Shown: positions 19,077-30,218 of the stretch, piece after piece
Numbering within the stretch: the first letter of the stretch is position 1
Layout of the letters: each line of letters starts with the position of its first letter
Source: an uncultured archaeon
Lineage (GTDB): Archaea > Thermoproteota > Nitrososphaeria > Nitrososphaerales > Gagatemarchaeaceae
Length of the DNA stretch: 64,000 nt
Direction: 5' to 3'
Assembly: GCA_963799775.1 (NCBI GenBank)
Contig: CAWCYD010000002.1
Coordinates: 288,001-352,000, forward strand
Program-made: the position numbers and the translations under genes
The notes under the pieces: generated by a model
Database searches by the model: none
Seen by the model: only the letters and a program-made list of their open reading frames with translations
Told to the model about the DNA's origin: nothing

Positions 19077-19951
19077 CTTGGACTGACTCCTCGGAGCCTC
19101 AGAGCAAGAAGCATGGTGAGCACGACCGCGGATATGAACGCCGCCGACGAGAGCATCGGCACCAGTGCCGAAAGAAGGGTCACGCTGGCGCTCGTCGCTG
19201 GAACAGGGGGCGCCGTGATGTTCAGGGACCCCACGTACGCCGAGTAGGCCACAAGGATTGCAGGGACCACGCCGAACGCCGAGGAAGCCCGTGACCCGCT
19301 CCTGGTCATCGCAAGCGCTAAGACGACGAGCGTCGCGAGGAGAAGGGCGCCCAGCCCCTCGTGAATGAGAAAGGGCGGCGATGATTCCGCGTTCAGAAAG
19401 GCTGGAAGCTCCCGTCCCAAAGGAAGAGAGAAGACGGGGCCCGCGACAAAGAGATTCACATACATCCCGGAGACGAAGACGAGGTAGAAGAGCAGCAGTG
19501 CAGCGTAGCTCAGGAGCAATCGTCCCGCGCCTTCGTCGGCACGCGCTTCACCCCCGAGCGAGAGAACAGAGAGGAAGGTCAGGAACATCCCCGTCCCGAA
19601 CGCGACAGCCATTATCATGCTCTGGACGGACACCGACGCTCCCCCTAGGACGAAGGCTAAACCTGACTCGCCTGCCAAGACCATGGACGCCGAAGCAAGC
19701 AAGCACAACAGCAGGTGGGGCCTCTTCCCATTCGCCCATGCCAGCGCGAGGATGAATACGCTCGTCGCCGCGCTCAATGAGGCGAATATGACGTGGATTT
19801 CGACAGGCGGCGTCGTGAGGATCGAGGAGGCGCTGGTCCCGGGGATGATGATGACGAACCCGTTGACGTAGATCCCTGCCAGCCAAGTCACAGAGAGGAA
19901 GACGAGCTGTAGCCGCGAGGCGTCCGCTATCTTGCGGGCGAGCGATGCCAC
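19073..19951 (-). CDS. Internally duplicated membrane protein
   Basis: Halves GIYVNGFV..EIHV and GMYVNLFV..LIHE; about 8 TM. Confidence 0.7.
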   Translation of the reverse strand: MASLARKIADASRLQLVFLSVTWLAGIYVNGFVIIIPGTSASSILTTPPVEIHVIFASLSAATSVFILALAWANGKRPHLLLCLLASASMVLAGESGLAFVLGGASVSVQSMIMAVAFGTGMFLTFLSVLSLGGEARADEGAGRLLLSYAALLLFYLVFVSGMYVNLFVAGPVFSLPLGRELPAFLNAESSPPFLIHEGLGALLLATLVVLALAMTRSGSRASSAFGVVPAILVAYSAYVGSLNITAPPVPATSASVTLLSALVPMLSSAAFISAVVLTMLLALRLRGVSPS

Positions 19952-20065
19952 GATTGGCCCAGGGCCGCTCCCATGTTATTTAACCGACTCTGGCGTCGGC
20001 GTCAGTAGTGGGACTCCACATCGGCTATAACCGGAAACGGTTCGCGGGCTAGGGGGCGGGTCGTC

Positions 20066-21366
20066 TTGACTAGGTCCAACAAGGAAGAGCGCAGCAGCCG
20101 CTGGTTCTACTCCCAGCTCCCGGTCGAGATCGCCGTCGGGCCGGTGAGCACTCTCATCCAGCTCTACATCCTGGAGCTCCACGGGACCGTCATCGACGTA
20201 GGCCTCGCCATAACCTTGTTCAACGCCGTGAGCATACCCGCGGCTATCATCTGGGGGTACGTGACCGACCGCTTCCAGAGCAGGAAGACTATACTCGTCC
20301 TCTCCTGCGTCGCCATAGCCGCCAACCTGATCCTCCTGCCGCTCGCGACTAGCATTTCAACCGCGGCTCTCGTCTATGCTCTCTTCGCACTCGTCTCGTC
20401 CGCGTCCGCCACGCCGGCGAACCTCCTGATCATGGAGACGAACCGCAAGTCAAGATGGGCGTCAGCTTTCGCTCGCTTCTCGATGATCTCAAGCGTGGGC
20501 GTCACCTTGGGACTTCTCCTCGGCATCGCATGGTCCTCCTATCTCCCCCTCTCGCTCTTCGTCGTCCCCTTGGCGGCGCTCTCAATCGTGTCTGCAATCC
20601 TCTCGGTTGTCATGATCAAGGAGCCACCGATGCCCTTCGAGAGAGAGGTCATCGCTATGCAGAAGCGTAGCTTCCAGCAACGCCTCCTCGCCCTCCCTCT
20701 CCTCTTCCTTCGACTCCCCAACATAGTCGACTTCAAGTCGGTATTCACGGGACTGAGGAACACACTCACCAGCCAGCTGCCTCTCCTCTATCTCTCGGTC
20801 TTCACCTTCTACGTCGCTAGCGGCCTGTTCAACACGTCCTTCATCCCGTCGCTGGGCGCCGCCGGGCTGAGCGCGAACGAGGTCCATCCTCATCACGATG
20901 CTGGCGAACTTTGCGCAGACGGCCTCCTTCTACTTCGCCGGTCCTTATGTCGAGAAGAGGGGTGAGCATGAGGAAAACCGCGGTGGCTGGGCTGCTCATC
21001 CGCCTTGCGTGCTATGGCTCGATAGGCGCCCTAGCCGGATTCACAAGAGGGCTATACTACTTGGTTGGGACTGCCGTATTCTATCCCATCGCCGGCGGTC
21101 TCGCCTTCGCGATATACTACACCTCGTCCAACACGATGATATTCAACACTCTCGGCGCCAAGAACCAAGGATCTAGGCTCGGAGTCTACAGCCTTGTCGT
21201 CGGCGTTGCCACCATGATAGGGTCGTTCATCTCGGGCTACCTCTCTTTCTATCTGGGCTTTCTCGCGACCTTCGTCCTGGCCGCGGGGCTGCTCGCTCTG
21301 AGCGCGACCCTCATCCCTTATGTCTCCGGGAGCCAACAGGAGAACGCAGTCAGTCTGTTCGATTGA
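20066..21366 (+). CDS. MFS transporter (frameshift near 20890)
   Basis: WGYVTDRFQSRK motif A; about 12 TM over two ORFs. Confidence 0.88.
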
Positions 21367-21396
21367 AGGGAGAGCGAAGGCAGAGTTTGAGAGACG

Positions 21397-21972
21397 TCAA
21401 CCCTGCCTCCATTGCCCTGCCCGACGCCGCCGTGTCCACTGGACGTAGAACCCTGCGAGCGCGAGCACGAGCGAGATGACGAAGGCCACAACGGGAGTGG
21501 CGCCGAAGAAGATCAGAACCCCGTAGAGGATCACTCCCCCAACGATCGCCGTGACGAGCTCCAGGAGCTTGCTCGATATAGCCACACCGATGAAGAAGAG
21601 GATTATTCCGACGACAACAGCGAGCAACTCAGAATGGACTAGGAACCTCGTTGCGAGATAGCCGAAGTATCCAAGCGCCAGACCCATTCCTATGTGGACG
21701 AGGAGAAGCCCGATCAGGCCTCCGAGGACGAACCCGACGACTCCGCCGATTATCGCTCCTATCACTCCCAGGAAGAGGCCTCCTGCAGCCAGCCCAAACG
21801 CGGCTCCGGCGAACCCGACTACGAGGAAAGCGAGCCCCTTGATGATCGAGCGTCCCGCGAACATCAAGGCCACTGAAAGGACGACCAGAATGAGGGCGTA
21901 GAGGGTTCCGCCTATACCCGATAAGAAATGCGGAAAGAAACTGGTCGCGAGCTCCGCCGGTGAGAAGCTCAT
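21397..21972 (-). CDS. Gly-rich membrane protein (DUF4203-like)
   Basis: Hydrophobic GxxxG helices; C-terminal LAGFYVQ plus basic tail. Confidence 0.6.
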   Translation of the reverse strand: MSFSPAELATSFFPHFLSGIGGTLYALILVVLSVALMFAGRSIIKGLAFLVVGFAGAAFGLAAGGLFLGVIGAIIGGVVGFVLGGLIGLLLVHIGMGLALGYFGYLATRFLVHSELLAVVVGIILFFIGVAISSKLLELVTAIVGGVILYGVLIFFGATPVVAFVISLVLALAGFYVQWTRRRRAGQWRQG

Positions 21973-22070
21973 GTGGGGCTAGGACCGCACCAGACCGCCT
22001 CGTCAATAAGCCTTGTCAGGTCTAGGTAGGCGATGACGAGAATATTTACCTCCTGACGGACGTCTCGGGC

Positions 22071-22872
22071 TTGCCCTTGAAGCAGGGGTTGACCGACTAT
22101 CCGATTGGCAATGGGCGGGGACAGGTCTACGTCTCCGAACCAAAAGGCCCTCGACCGCTCGGCCAAGTCATCGTTATTCACGAGGTCTGGGGGTTCACCC
22201 CCTTCATCGAATACGTCTGCGGGCGGCTCGCGCAGCAGGGATTCCGCGCCGCGGCTCCCCTCCTTTATTGGAGGGAGAAGGCCCATCTTCTCCCCGGAGA
22301 GGGTCCGCAGAGGCCTCAAGCTCGTTTGGAACCTGAGCCTCAAAGAGAGGTATCAGCCTGGCAAGCTGGAATCGGCCCTCAGCCAGGGCCGCGCTTCACC
22401 CGAGACAGCCAAGATGTTGCGGCTCCTCTACGATAGGCGGTTCAGGGTGGCTATCCTTGACGACGTGCGTCATCTGGCTAGGTCTCTCTCGACCGAGCAC
22501 CCGGGGACAGGTCTGGCGGCAATGGGCTTCTCCATGGGTGGAAAGCTCGCGCTAGAGTTGGCCGCCGCCTTCCCAGAAACGAGAGCCTGCGCCGCCTTCT
22601 CCGCAGCGCCAGTGCGTGGAGCGGCGCTTCGGAAGATCCGTTGCCCCATACTCTTGCTCTACGGGAGCAAGGACACGTTCATGACTGGCGACCTCCCGGA
22701 CTTTTTGCGCGACGCCATGGACTCGGGGAAAGACCTGACCCTGAAGATCCTCCCATCGGCAGGCCATGAGTTCTTCGACAACACCGCCAAGTCTGGATAC
22801 AACGCCCCTGCGTCGAGTGCCGCGTGGTCTGCGTGCCTGAATCTTCTACAGGCAGCATTCTCGAACAGGTGA
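22071..22872 (+). CDS. Dienelactone hydrolase family (frameshifted)
   Basis: VIHEVWG, GFSMGG nucleophile elbow, YGSKD, AGHEF. Confidence 0.88.
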
Positions 22873-23059
22873 AAACTGGAACCGCATCGGCTGCTGCGAA
22901 GAGACGACACATGCTGCTTGTGCCAGAGGCAGGGGCTTTTCCGCGGCCCCACCCTCGGGCAACCCTACTTCCTCGATAGCAGAGAGAAGCGAGCGGCCCT
23001 GGATAATAATCAATTTTGGTGCAAGCGTCTAAAAATCGAGCCAAACTCAGCGATTTCGC

Positions 23060-24007
23060 CTACGTCGGCGGCGGGGGGACTATCTCGTCCAGAGCTCTCA
23101 ACACCTCTTCCGGAGGCCTCGCTTCCAGCTGCTTGACGTTTTCTTCCACCTGCTCCGGATTGGAGGCCCCCACTATCATCGATGTGACGGCGGGGTTCTT
23201 CGCGATCCAGCCCAGGGCGACCTGAGACAGCGACATCCTTGCCGACTGCGCGAGGGCCTTGAACCTCTCCAGGACGGCGTAATTCTGATGCTGGTTCATC
23301 CTCCCCCAAAACTTCGGGTAGAGCGCTCCCCTCGTCCTGGTCGGGGCAGGAGCCCCTTCGGAGTACTTCCCTGTCAAGAAGCCGCCGGCCAGGGCGGAAT
23401 AGCTTATGACGCCGAGGCCCTCAGATTGGCAGTAGGGAAGCAGCTCCTTCTCCGCCTCCCGGTTCAGGAGGTTGTAAGGGGGCTGTAGCAGCACTATCCT
23501 CTCCAGCCCCAGCCTGCCGCTCACCTCATTCATCGCGCGGATGTTCTCAACCGTGAAGTTTGAGCACCCGAGGTAGAGCATCTTTCCGTCCCTGATCAAC
23601 TCGTCGAACGTCTTCAGGCTCTCGTCGAGGGGCGTCTCGGGGTCGAACCTGTGCATGTAGTAGATGTCGAGGTGGTCGGTCTGAAGCAGGCGCAGGCTCT
23701 CCTCCAGCTGCCACAAGATGTGCTTCCGGGAGAGGCCCGAGTCGTTCGGGCCTTCACCCACATCGTGCCCCAGCTTCGTCGCGATCACGAACCTGTCCCT
23801 GTCGCCCTTGATCGCCTTGCCGATGATCTCCTCGGACTTCCTCTTCGTGTAGACGTTGGCAGTGTCGATGCTGACCACTCCGAGGTCGATCGCCTTCCTA
23901 ATCACGCGGATGGAGGTCTGCTCGTCGACGTCTCGCCCAAAGTTGTTGGTCCCGAGCGTCATCCTCGACACCTTGAGGCCTGTCTTCCCGACCGACCTGT
24001 ACTCCAA
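23060..24007 (-). CDS. Aldo/keto reductase
   Basis: GKTGLKVS, DTANVY, SEEIIG, DIYYMHRFD, LQPPYNLLNRE. Confidence 0.95.
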   Translation of the reverse strand: MEYRSVGKTGLKVSRMTLGTNNFGRDVDEQTSIRVIRKAIDLGVVSIDTANVYTKRKSEEIIGKAIKGDRDRFVIATKLGHDVGEGPNDSGLSRKHILWQLEESLRLLQTDHLDIYYMHRFDPETPLDESLKTFDELIRDGKMLYLGCSNFTVENIRAMNEVSGRLGLERIVLLQPPYNLLNREAEKELLPYCQSEGLGVISYSALAGGFLTGKYSEGAPAPTRTRGALYPKFWGRMNQHQNYAVLERFKALAQSARMSLSQVALGWIAKNPAVTSMIVGASNPEQVEENVKQLEARPPEEVLRALDEIVPPPPT

Positions 24008-24112
24008 CGGCGTTGCGCCGGCACCGAACGCGGTTGAAATCTCTTTCCGACGCTCCGAAGGGTTCGTGCATCAGAGTGGGCTAAATACCGGGACGGTCGC
24101 GGGTGGCTTCAG

Positions 24113-25054
24113 ATGGATTTCCGGAGCAGGAGGTTCCAGGCAGTGACCGCCGTGGTCGTGGTCGCGCTGATAGCCGGGACCTTCGCCTACTACACGACAA
24201 CTGGTGGAGTCACCTCCACGAGCACTGTAAAGTCGACCCCCTCCACGGAGGTCTCCTTCCCCAGCACATCAGGAGGGTCCTCCGGCACCTCGCAGACCGT
24301 GTCGACCAACTCCCAAAAGACCCTGACGGTTGTCTCCTCAACGACAATCCCTTGCACCTCTGGCGTCGGTGCCGGGGCGACCGGGACCTCGACCACGACG
24401 GCGACGAGCCTTCCAGACTTCATCCCGCTCTTCAGCACCGTCTCGGCGATGACAATGCTCGCCCAGCAGGTGATAGTGGACCAGTACGGGAGGGTCAATT
24501 CCACGACAATCCTGGCTAGCTATCAGGTGACAGGCAGGGTCCCGATGGAGGGGACGAGCGCCTACGTCGTCAAGATGAGCGTGGCCGCGAACCAGACTAG
24601 CTACGCGGTAGTCAATGGGACAAGCAACCAAGGCAACGCCACGGCCTACTTCGACCCTGAAGGGGATCTCCTTCTCTACACGCAGACCAACCTGAACCAG
24701 ACCGGGCCGGCGGCCATCCCTCTGGCAGCGCTCTACTTGGACTGGTTCGACAACGAGCTCATCTCGACGCAACAGCTCGCCAGCTACGCCAATCCGGGTC
24801 TCGACTCGAACTTGAACACGACCGCGGTCAACCTCGGCCCGACGTCGATGAACGTCACCTTTGCCCAACCGAAGGCCATCCCATACAGCGTCACCCAATG
24901 CGGGGGGACGACCATCGTGGAGGACGTCCTCTTCGCCTACGGCGTGGTGCCAGGGACGCAGACGCCGGTGATCACATACTACTACTCTATAGGGACGGAC
25001 GGCGGCGCGAACGAGGACCTTGGGTACGAGTCCTTCTCGATAACTCCCGCTTAG
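24113..25054 (+). CDS. Membrane-anchored S/T-rich surface protein
   Basis: N-terminal TM, S/T linker, beta-rich domain, several NxS/T sequons. Confidence 0.7.
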   Translation: MDFRSRRFQAVTAVVVVALIAGTFAYYTTTGGVTSTSTVKSTPSTEVSFPSTSGGSSGTSQTVSTNSQKTLTVVSSTTIPCTSGVGAGATGTSTTTATSLPDFIPLFSTVSAMTMLAQQVIVDQYGRVNSTTILASYQVTGRVPMEGTSAYVVKMSVAANQTSYAVVNGTSNQGNATAYFDPEGDLLLYTQTNLNQTGPAAIPLAALYLDWFDNELISTQQLASYANPGLDSNLNTTAVNLGPTSMNVTFAQPKAIPYSVTQCGGTTIVEDVLFAYGVVPGTQTPVITYYYSIGTDGGANEDLGYESFSITPA

Positions 25055-25992
25055 CCTGTCTTCTCACTTTCCTGGCGGGGGATGATGGGGCCGTCCGTCT
25101 TCTCCAAGTCGTCGAAGAGGTTCAGGAGCATCTTCCCGATCGGGGTGACCTCATACATCCTCACGTTCCCGTAAGCGGCCTGTTCCCTCACGAACCCGTA
25201 CTTGTTGAGGATCTGAACATGCCGGTCGACCGTCTTCCAGTCCACACCCAGCTCCTCGGCAAGTTGGAGCCTGTCCTTCGGCGTGCTCAGGGTGTTGAGC
25301 ACCCTAATCCTTGTGGCACCTCCTTTCATCTTCATGAAGAGCTCGAACACGTCCGTGTCGAAGCCCATCTCCATGTAGCGAGACCTGAGCCTGCCGCGCC
25401 ACACCCACGCTCCTCCCAAGAGGATCCATGCCAGAGGAGCGACGAACAGGGACGCAGACTGCACGTCCCTCAGCATGGTCTCTCCGCCGGCCGCGGCCGC
25501 TAGGCCGCCCACGTTCGCGACCTGCGACGTGGCAGTCGTCGTAGAGGCTGCTGCCGTCGTGCTCCCGGCGACAGGTCGAGATTGCGCAGCCGTGCTCGTT
25601 GGCTGGACTGGGGTGGTCGAGGCGGTCACTGTCGAGGTCGTCGTGACGACGCTCGAGACCGTCGTGCGGGCGCCGGCAACCGTGGTAGTGCTCGCCGCTC
25701 CTTGCCCAGCCTCGGCAGTGCTGGAGGGAGTGGTGGTCGCGGTTACTGTGGTCTCGGCATTGGACGACTCCGTCGACGCGCTGGAGACAGTGCTGCTACT
25801 GGCCAGACCCGAGGCGGAGCTCGACTGCTGGGTCGACCCGGTGGGGACCGAGGTCTCGGTCGAGGTCGCGATCGTCGTGGAGGCAGCATATTGGTTGGCC
25901 GAAGGAGACCCGAGCAGACCCCAGACTGCCAGGGAAGACGTGAGGACGGCGATTACCATAAGGGAGGCTAGGATCGGCCCGGTCTTGTTCAA
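25051..25992 (-). CDS. Membrane-spanning regulator: TM, S/T stalk, TM, C-terminal ArsR-like wHTH
   Basis: GGATRIRVLNTL..QLAEELGVDWKTVDRHVQILNKYGFV..YEVT. Confidence 0.8.
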   Translation of the reverse strand: MNKTGPILASLMVIAVLTSSLAVWGLLGSPSANQYAASTTIATSTETSVPTGSTQQSSSASGLASSSTVSSASTESSNAETTVTATTTPSSTAEAGQGAASTTTVAGARTTVSSVVTTTSTVTASTTPVQPTSTAAQSRPVAGSTTAAASTTTATSQVANVGGLAAAAGGETMLRDVQSASLFVAPLAWILLGGAWVWRGRLRSRYMEMGFDTDVFELFMKMKGGATRIRVLNTLSTPKDRLQLAEELGVDWKTVDRHVQILNKYGFVREQAAYGNVRMYEVTPIGKMLLNLFDDLEKTDGPIIPRQESEKTG

Positions 25993-26159
25993 GCAACGTT
26001 ACTTGGGCTCAGAGCGGGCCATTTTTCATAAATACTTTTGTCCGAACGACCAGTCCTTTCAGGCGCCCTCACCCCCGTGGCGACCTTTGGAAGGGTAGAG
26101 CTTTCTTCTGTAGGTCTGATGCGGGCCCACTAATATCCCATAGAGGCTTCCTTCACGCT

Positions 26160-27499
26160 TTGTTGGAAGAGCCCGAGGACGAGGATACGGAGTTCGTGGA
26201 GCTCCTCCTCGTGTCGAGGAGGACCCAGAGCGAGACGGATCAGTCCAGCGGAACGCCCCTCGAGGCGACGGGGGCAGGTGGTCGCCCTCCAGCCTTGCCC
26301 AGAGCCAGGGATTCGTGCCCATCCTCTTCGTCGCTACCGTCTTCTTCCTCATGTCTTTCTGGATGCACTTCCCCGGGATGAGCGGGAACGTCTACAGCGA
26401 CCTCATGGACACGCTCTGGCAGCGAATCCTGAACGCTCCGGGCATCGTCCCCTACGTCAGCTACAAGCTCGAGTATCCCGCGGTCTCGGCCATCGTCCTG
26501 TATCTCGCCTCGATTCCCAGGAAAATGCTCGCGTTCTACTTCTCGATGTCTGCCATCCTCTTCGCGAGCATGTCGGGGGCGATCTACGTCGTGTACAAGC
26601 TCCTCAGGGAGAGGGGGGAGAAGGTCCAAGCGATCTCGTACTTCATCGTCCTGACCCCGTGTTTCGTCTACTTCTCGATCTACAGCTTCGACTGGATAGC
26701 GGCCGCCTTCATGGTGGGGTCGATCTACTTCGCCTATCACAAGCGACCCGTTGAGTCCGGTCTCCTCGTTGGTCTCGCGACGGCCGCCCGCGTCATCCCG
26801 ATCATCATACTCCCTTTCCTCCTCCTCGAGATGAAGAGACGCAAGAACAGGACCGCGCTCCTCGGCTCGGCGGCGGCCTCCTGGCTCGCCGTCAACGCCT
26901 ACTTCATCCTATTTGACTTTCAGGGCTTCCTCTACCCCTATCAATTTCAGGCCGGATACTCTGTGGAGGACAGCTGGCTGGGTCTCGCGGGCCCCTACGC
27001 AAGGGAAGCGTCCGTTCTCCTCTTCGGAGCGTTCCTCGTCGTCCTCCTCCTTGAGCGGAAGAGGTTCAACCTCTTCCAGCAGAGCCTCCTGGTGACCCTC
27101 GCTTTCGTGCTGACCAGCTTCAAGTTCCCTCCCCAATACATGATCCTCCTCCTTCCGCTCTTCGCCCTGACGGCCGTGAGCTACGTCGAGTTCATGATCG
27201 CCAACATACTGGATGTCGTCATCCTGCTGTGGTACTTCACGCCGGCATTCAGCCTGGGCGACCCGCTCTTGGTCACCAGCCCTGTCCAGTGGGTGGCGTA
27301 CCTGCGCCAGTTCGTGCTCCTGGTCGTCTTTCTGAAGCTCTTCCTGAGAGGCGGGGTCAGGGTCGTCTCGAAAGGCGAGGGCGATGTCCCTCTTGAGCAG
27401 AGGATTCCCATCCCGGCGCCCGCGTTTGCGGCCTCGGAGCTCGATCCGCCGTCTGACAGCAACGGACTAAAGCTCCCTCGCGGTGCCTCCGAGCGATGA
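26160..27499 (+). CDS. GT-C fold membrane glycosyltransferase (GT87/DUF2029-like); N-terminal indel
   Basis: YSDL..PYVSYKLEYP lumenal loop, FDW, FPPQY; more than 10 TM. Confidence 0.75.
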
Positions 27500-27983
27500 A
27501 GAGGCACACCTCCTCGGCAACGGTCCCGACCTGGTGCTGCGGGTACTCGAGCCTGGCGACCTCGCGAGAGGGTTCCTTGAGACCCTGGAAAGCCTGAGCG
27601 ACGTGGAGGGGCTCACACCTAGAGAGGCCCGAAAGATGTATGGCGAGATGCGGAAGACCCCATTCTACCACGTCATCGTGGCCGTAATCGGCAAGGAGGT
27701 CGTCGGGACCACCACCCTCCTTGTCGAGGAGAAGTTCATCCATCACGGAGGTCTTGTCGGGCACATCGAGGACGTGGCCGTGCGCAAGGGGTATGAAGGC
27801 AGAGGAATCGGTGGCTCCGTCGTCAAGGCGGCAGTGGATTTGGCGAGAGAGAAGGGGTGCTACAAGGTTATCCTGGACTGCAAGAGGGACCTCACCGGGT
27901 TCTACGAGAAGCTCGGGTTCAGCGCCCGCGACGTGGGCATGCGCATCGACCTCAAGCCGAGGAAGAGAACGAACGCGCGCTGA
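27483..27983 (+). CDS. GNAT, glucosamine-6-phosphate N-acetyltransferase (GNA1-like)
   Basis: EEKFIH..GHIEDVAV..GRGIG..GCYKVILDC..FYEKLGF. Confidence 0.88.
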   Translation: MPPSDEEAHLLGNGPDLVLRVLEPGDLARGFLETLESLSDVEGLTPREARKMYGEMRKTPFYHVIVAVIGKEVVGTTTLLVEEKFIHHGGLVGHIEDVAVRKGYEGRGIGGSVVKAAVDLAREKGCYKVILDCKRDLTGFYEKLGFSARDVGMRIDLKPRKRTNAR

Positions 27984-27998
27984 ACCCCTCTCTAAGTT

Positions 27999-28523
27999 CT
28001 AGAGCGAATACCCGCAATTCGCGCACTGGTACCTGATGACCTCCCCCTTGGTCGCCAGCTTCTCCATGAACCCTGACCTGCAGTTCGGGCAGAGCACCTC
28101 TACCGGCTCGGCCTTGTCGTCGTGCAAGAACGCGTTGAGAAGCGGGCTCTGCCCCTTAGTGAGCCGCCTTCGAGCCCAGAGAGCGTCACCCAGCCGAGGA
28201 ACTTCTCACCTTCGAACACTCCGAGCCTCGTGGCCCCCTGCTCCAGGAGCCTGCGCTTCGCCTCTTTTGTCGAGGCGTCGGCGTCGATCTTGAAGAACGG
28301 GGACATCACCTCTTTGACTGTCACCTCTTCCGGCTTTTTGTTTAGGGGAACAAACCTTCGGAGTAGCCTCCGGTCAGTGATCATGCCGACCGCCTTGTCT
28401 CCGTTGAACACCACGACCCCCGACGAGCCTGCGTCGTTCATTATCTTGGACGCCTCTAGGACGCTCGTCGACGCGGAGACCCGGTCGACATTCGTATCCA
28501 TCACGTCTCTAACCTTGGCCAGC
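27999..28523 (-). CDS. CBS-pair protein with C-terminal Zn ribbon (frameshifted)
   Basis: CBS motifs (GMITDR, VKEVMS); alternate frame ends VLCPNC..YQCANCGYSL; CTG start inferred. Confidence 0.75.
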
Positions 28524-28676
28524 TAGCCCAGTCTCCTAGGCACTCATCGAGGGTCCGGGGAATATTCAACCTTTTCCAAGCGGCAACGTGATATTAACTC
28601 GGTCGTGATAACTGGTCGCCGTCGCCTCTTCTCCAAGTGTCAAGAGAGGCTGGCAGGGCCCCTTGAAGGCCCTTTC

Positions 28677-29589
28677 TCACTTTGTGACCAGGACGGACGA
28701 CGGAGCATAGTGGAGGACGCTGTTGGCCACGCTCCCGAGCAGGAGCTTCTTGAAACCGCCGTTGCCGCGTGTCCCGACGACGATGATGTCTACCCCATCG
28801 TGCTCTGCCAGCTGGACGATTCCCTGCGCCGGGGAGACGAGGTCAGTGACGAGCTCCGGTTTCGCGCCTGCGAGTCCCGACTCCGACGCGAACTTCACGG
28901 CCTTGTCAAGCAGCGCCCTTCCTGCCTCCTCGGCGTCCTCCTCGATCTGCTCAGTCGGGACGGCCGAGCCAGGCACTCCCATGGACCATGCCAGGGTCGG
29001 GACGAAGACCACGTGAGCGATGCGCAGCTCCGCATCCATCCCTTTCGCCATGTCGATTGCTGTCTCGAGGGCGCGTTGCGCGTTGGGCGAGCCGTCGACC
29101 GCGACCAGAATGCTCTTGATCGCTGCCCTCCCGTTCTTTCCGGACCTCACGACGAGAGTCGAGCATGAAGCGTGCTCAGCGACACCGCTCGACACGCTCC
29201 CCAGGACTGCCCTCTTGAATCCTCCAAGGCCTCTCGTCCCCATGATAATCAGGTCCGTCTTCTCCTGGACCGCGTAGTCGACTATCGTCCCGACGACCGA
29301 GGAGCGGTCCTGAGGGACGTCTTTCTCCAAGACCTCGACCCCTGCTTTCTTGAACACATCCGCAGCCTTGTCTACGTTGTCATCCGCGGCATTGACCAGA
29401 CGGGAGTAGTACTCTCCCTCCATCGGTGCCGCCGTCCTGCTTATCGAAGGGATGACACTGATGACCGTGACATCGGATTGGAAGCTCTTGGCGACCTCGG
29501 CCGCGAGCACGGCGGCTTTGCGCGAGCTTGGGGCACCCATCAGTGGCCACCAGGATCTTCGCAAATCGGCCCGGGATTCGCTTCGACAT
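28677..29589 (-). CDS. Tandem universal stress protein (indel near N-terminus)
   Basis: KILVATDG / ILVAVDGS; two GTRG.GG..LGSV motifs. Confidence 0.92.
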
Positions 29590-29728
29590 AAGGTCTGCTC
29601 AGCCTGACAGAGCTATTTTAGGTTGAGCCGGACCGATGAGGATATCGAGCGGCGTGCTGACCAAGAGTCAACTCTCTTCGTGCCGCAACCTGAAAAACCA
29701 CATTCGTCATCGCACGAGTGGGTCGTGC

Positions 29729-30180
29729 CATGGCCGAGTCAGAACTCCATCGCTGCATGAAGGAGAGCGTGTCGCAACGTCTGACGGAAGAGGGGTACCT
29801 CGTCTTCTTCGAGCCGGCTTACGCCCCCTCGCGGTTCCTCAGCTGGGTGTCTTATCGGCCCGACGTCTTCGCGATCAGGGCCAGGGAAGACCTTCAAGAG
29901 TACGCGCTCGTCGAATGCGAGACGAGGCCCTCGCAGAAGAGACTGGCCTCGAAGAACTTTAGGAGTCTGGACATCCAGACAAGGCTCAACTCAAACATGA
30001 CGTTGAGGCGGATTCTCGTGGTCCCTCGGCGGACCTTCGCGAGCGTCGACCCTTCCATCCGTTATTCCTGGGAGGCGTGGATCTACGGGGGCGAGAGTTT
30101 CCAGATCTTTCCCATGGTTGCCCAACCTGAGGCAGGTGCCTTCGATCGTCCCGGCTCTCACAGTCACGAAGACGCACTGA
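29729..30180 (+). CDS. PD-(D/E)XK nuclease-like protein
   Basis: ESELH..YRPDVFAI..LVECET motif; 3' end uncertain (reads through in frame into the SnoaL domain). Confidence 0.5.
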
Positions 30181-30218
30181 GAACTGCTTTTCTACGTGAC
30201 GCGACCAGTCCGTCCACG

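Noticed and set aside
22873-23059. Possible small ORF or ncRNA between DLH and AKR
   Set aside because: No convincing start, motif or stable structure identified by eye
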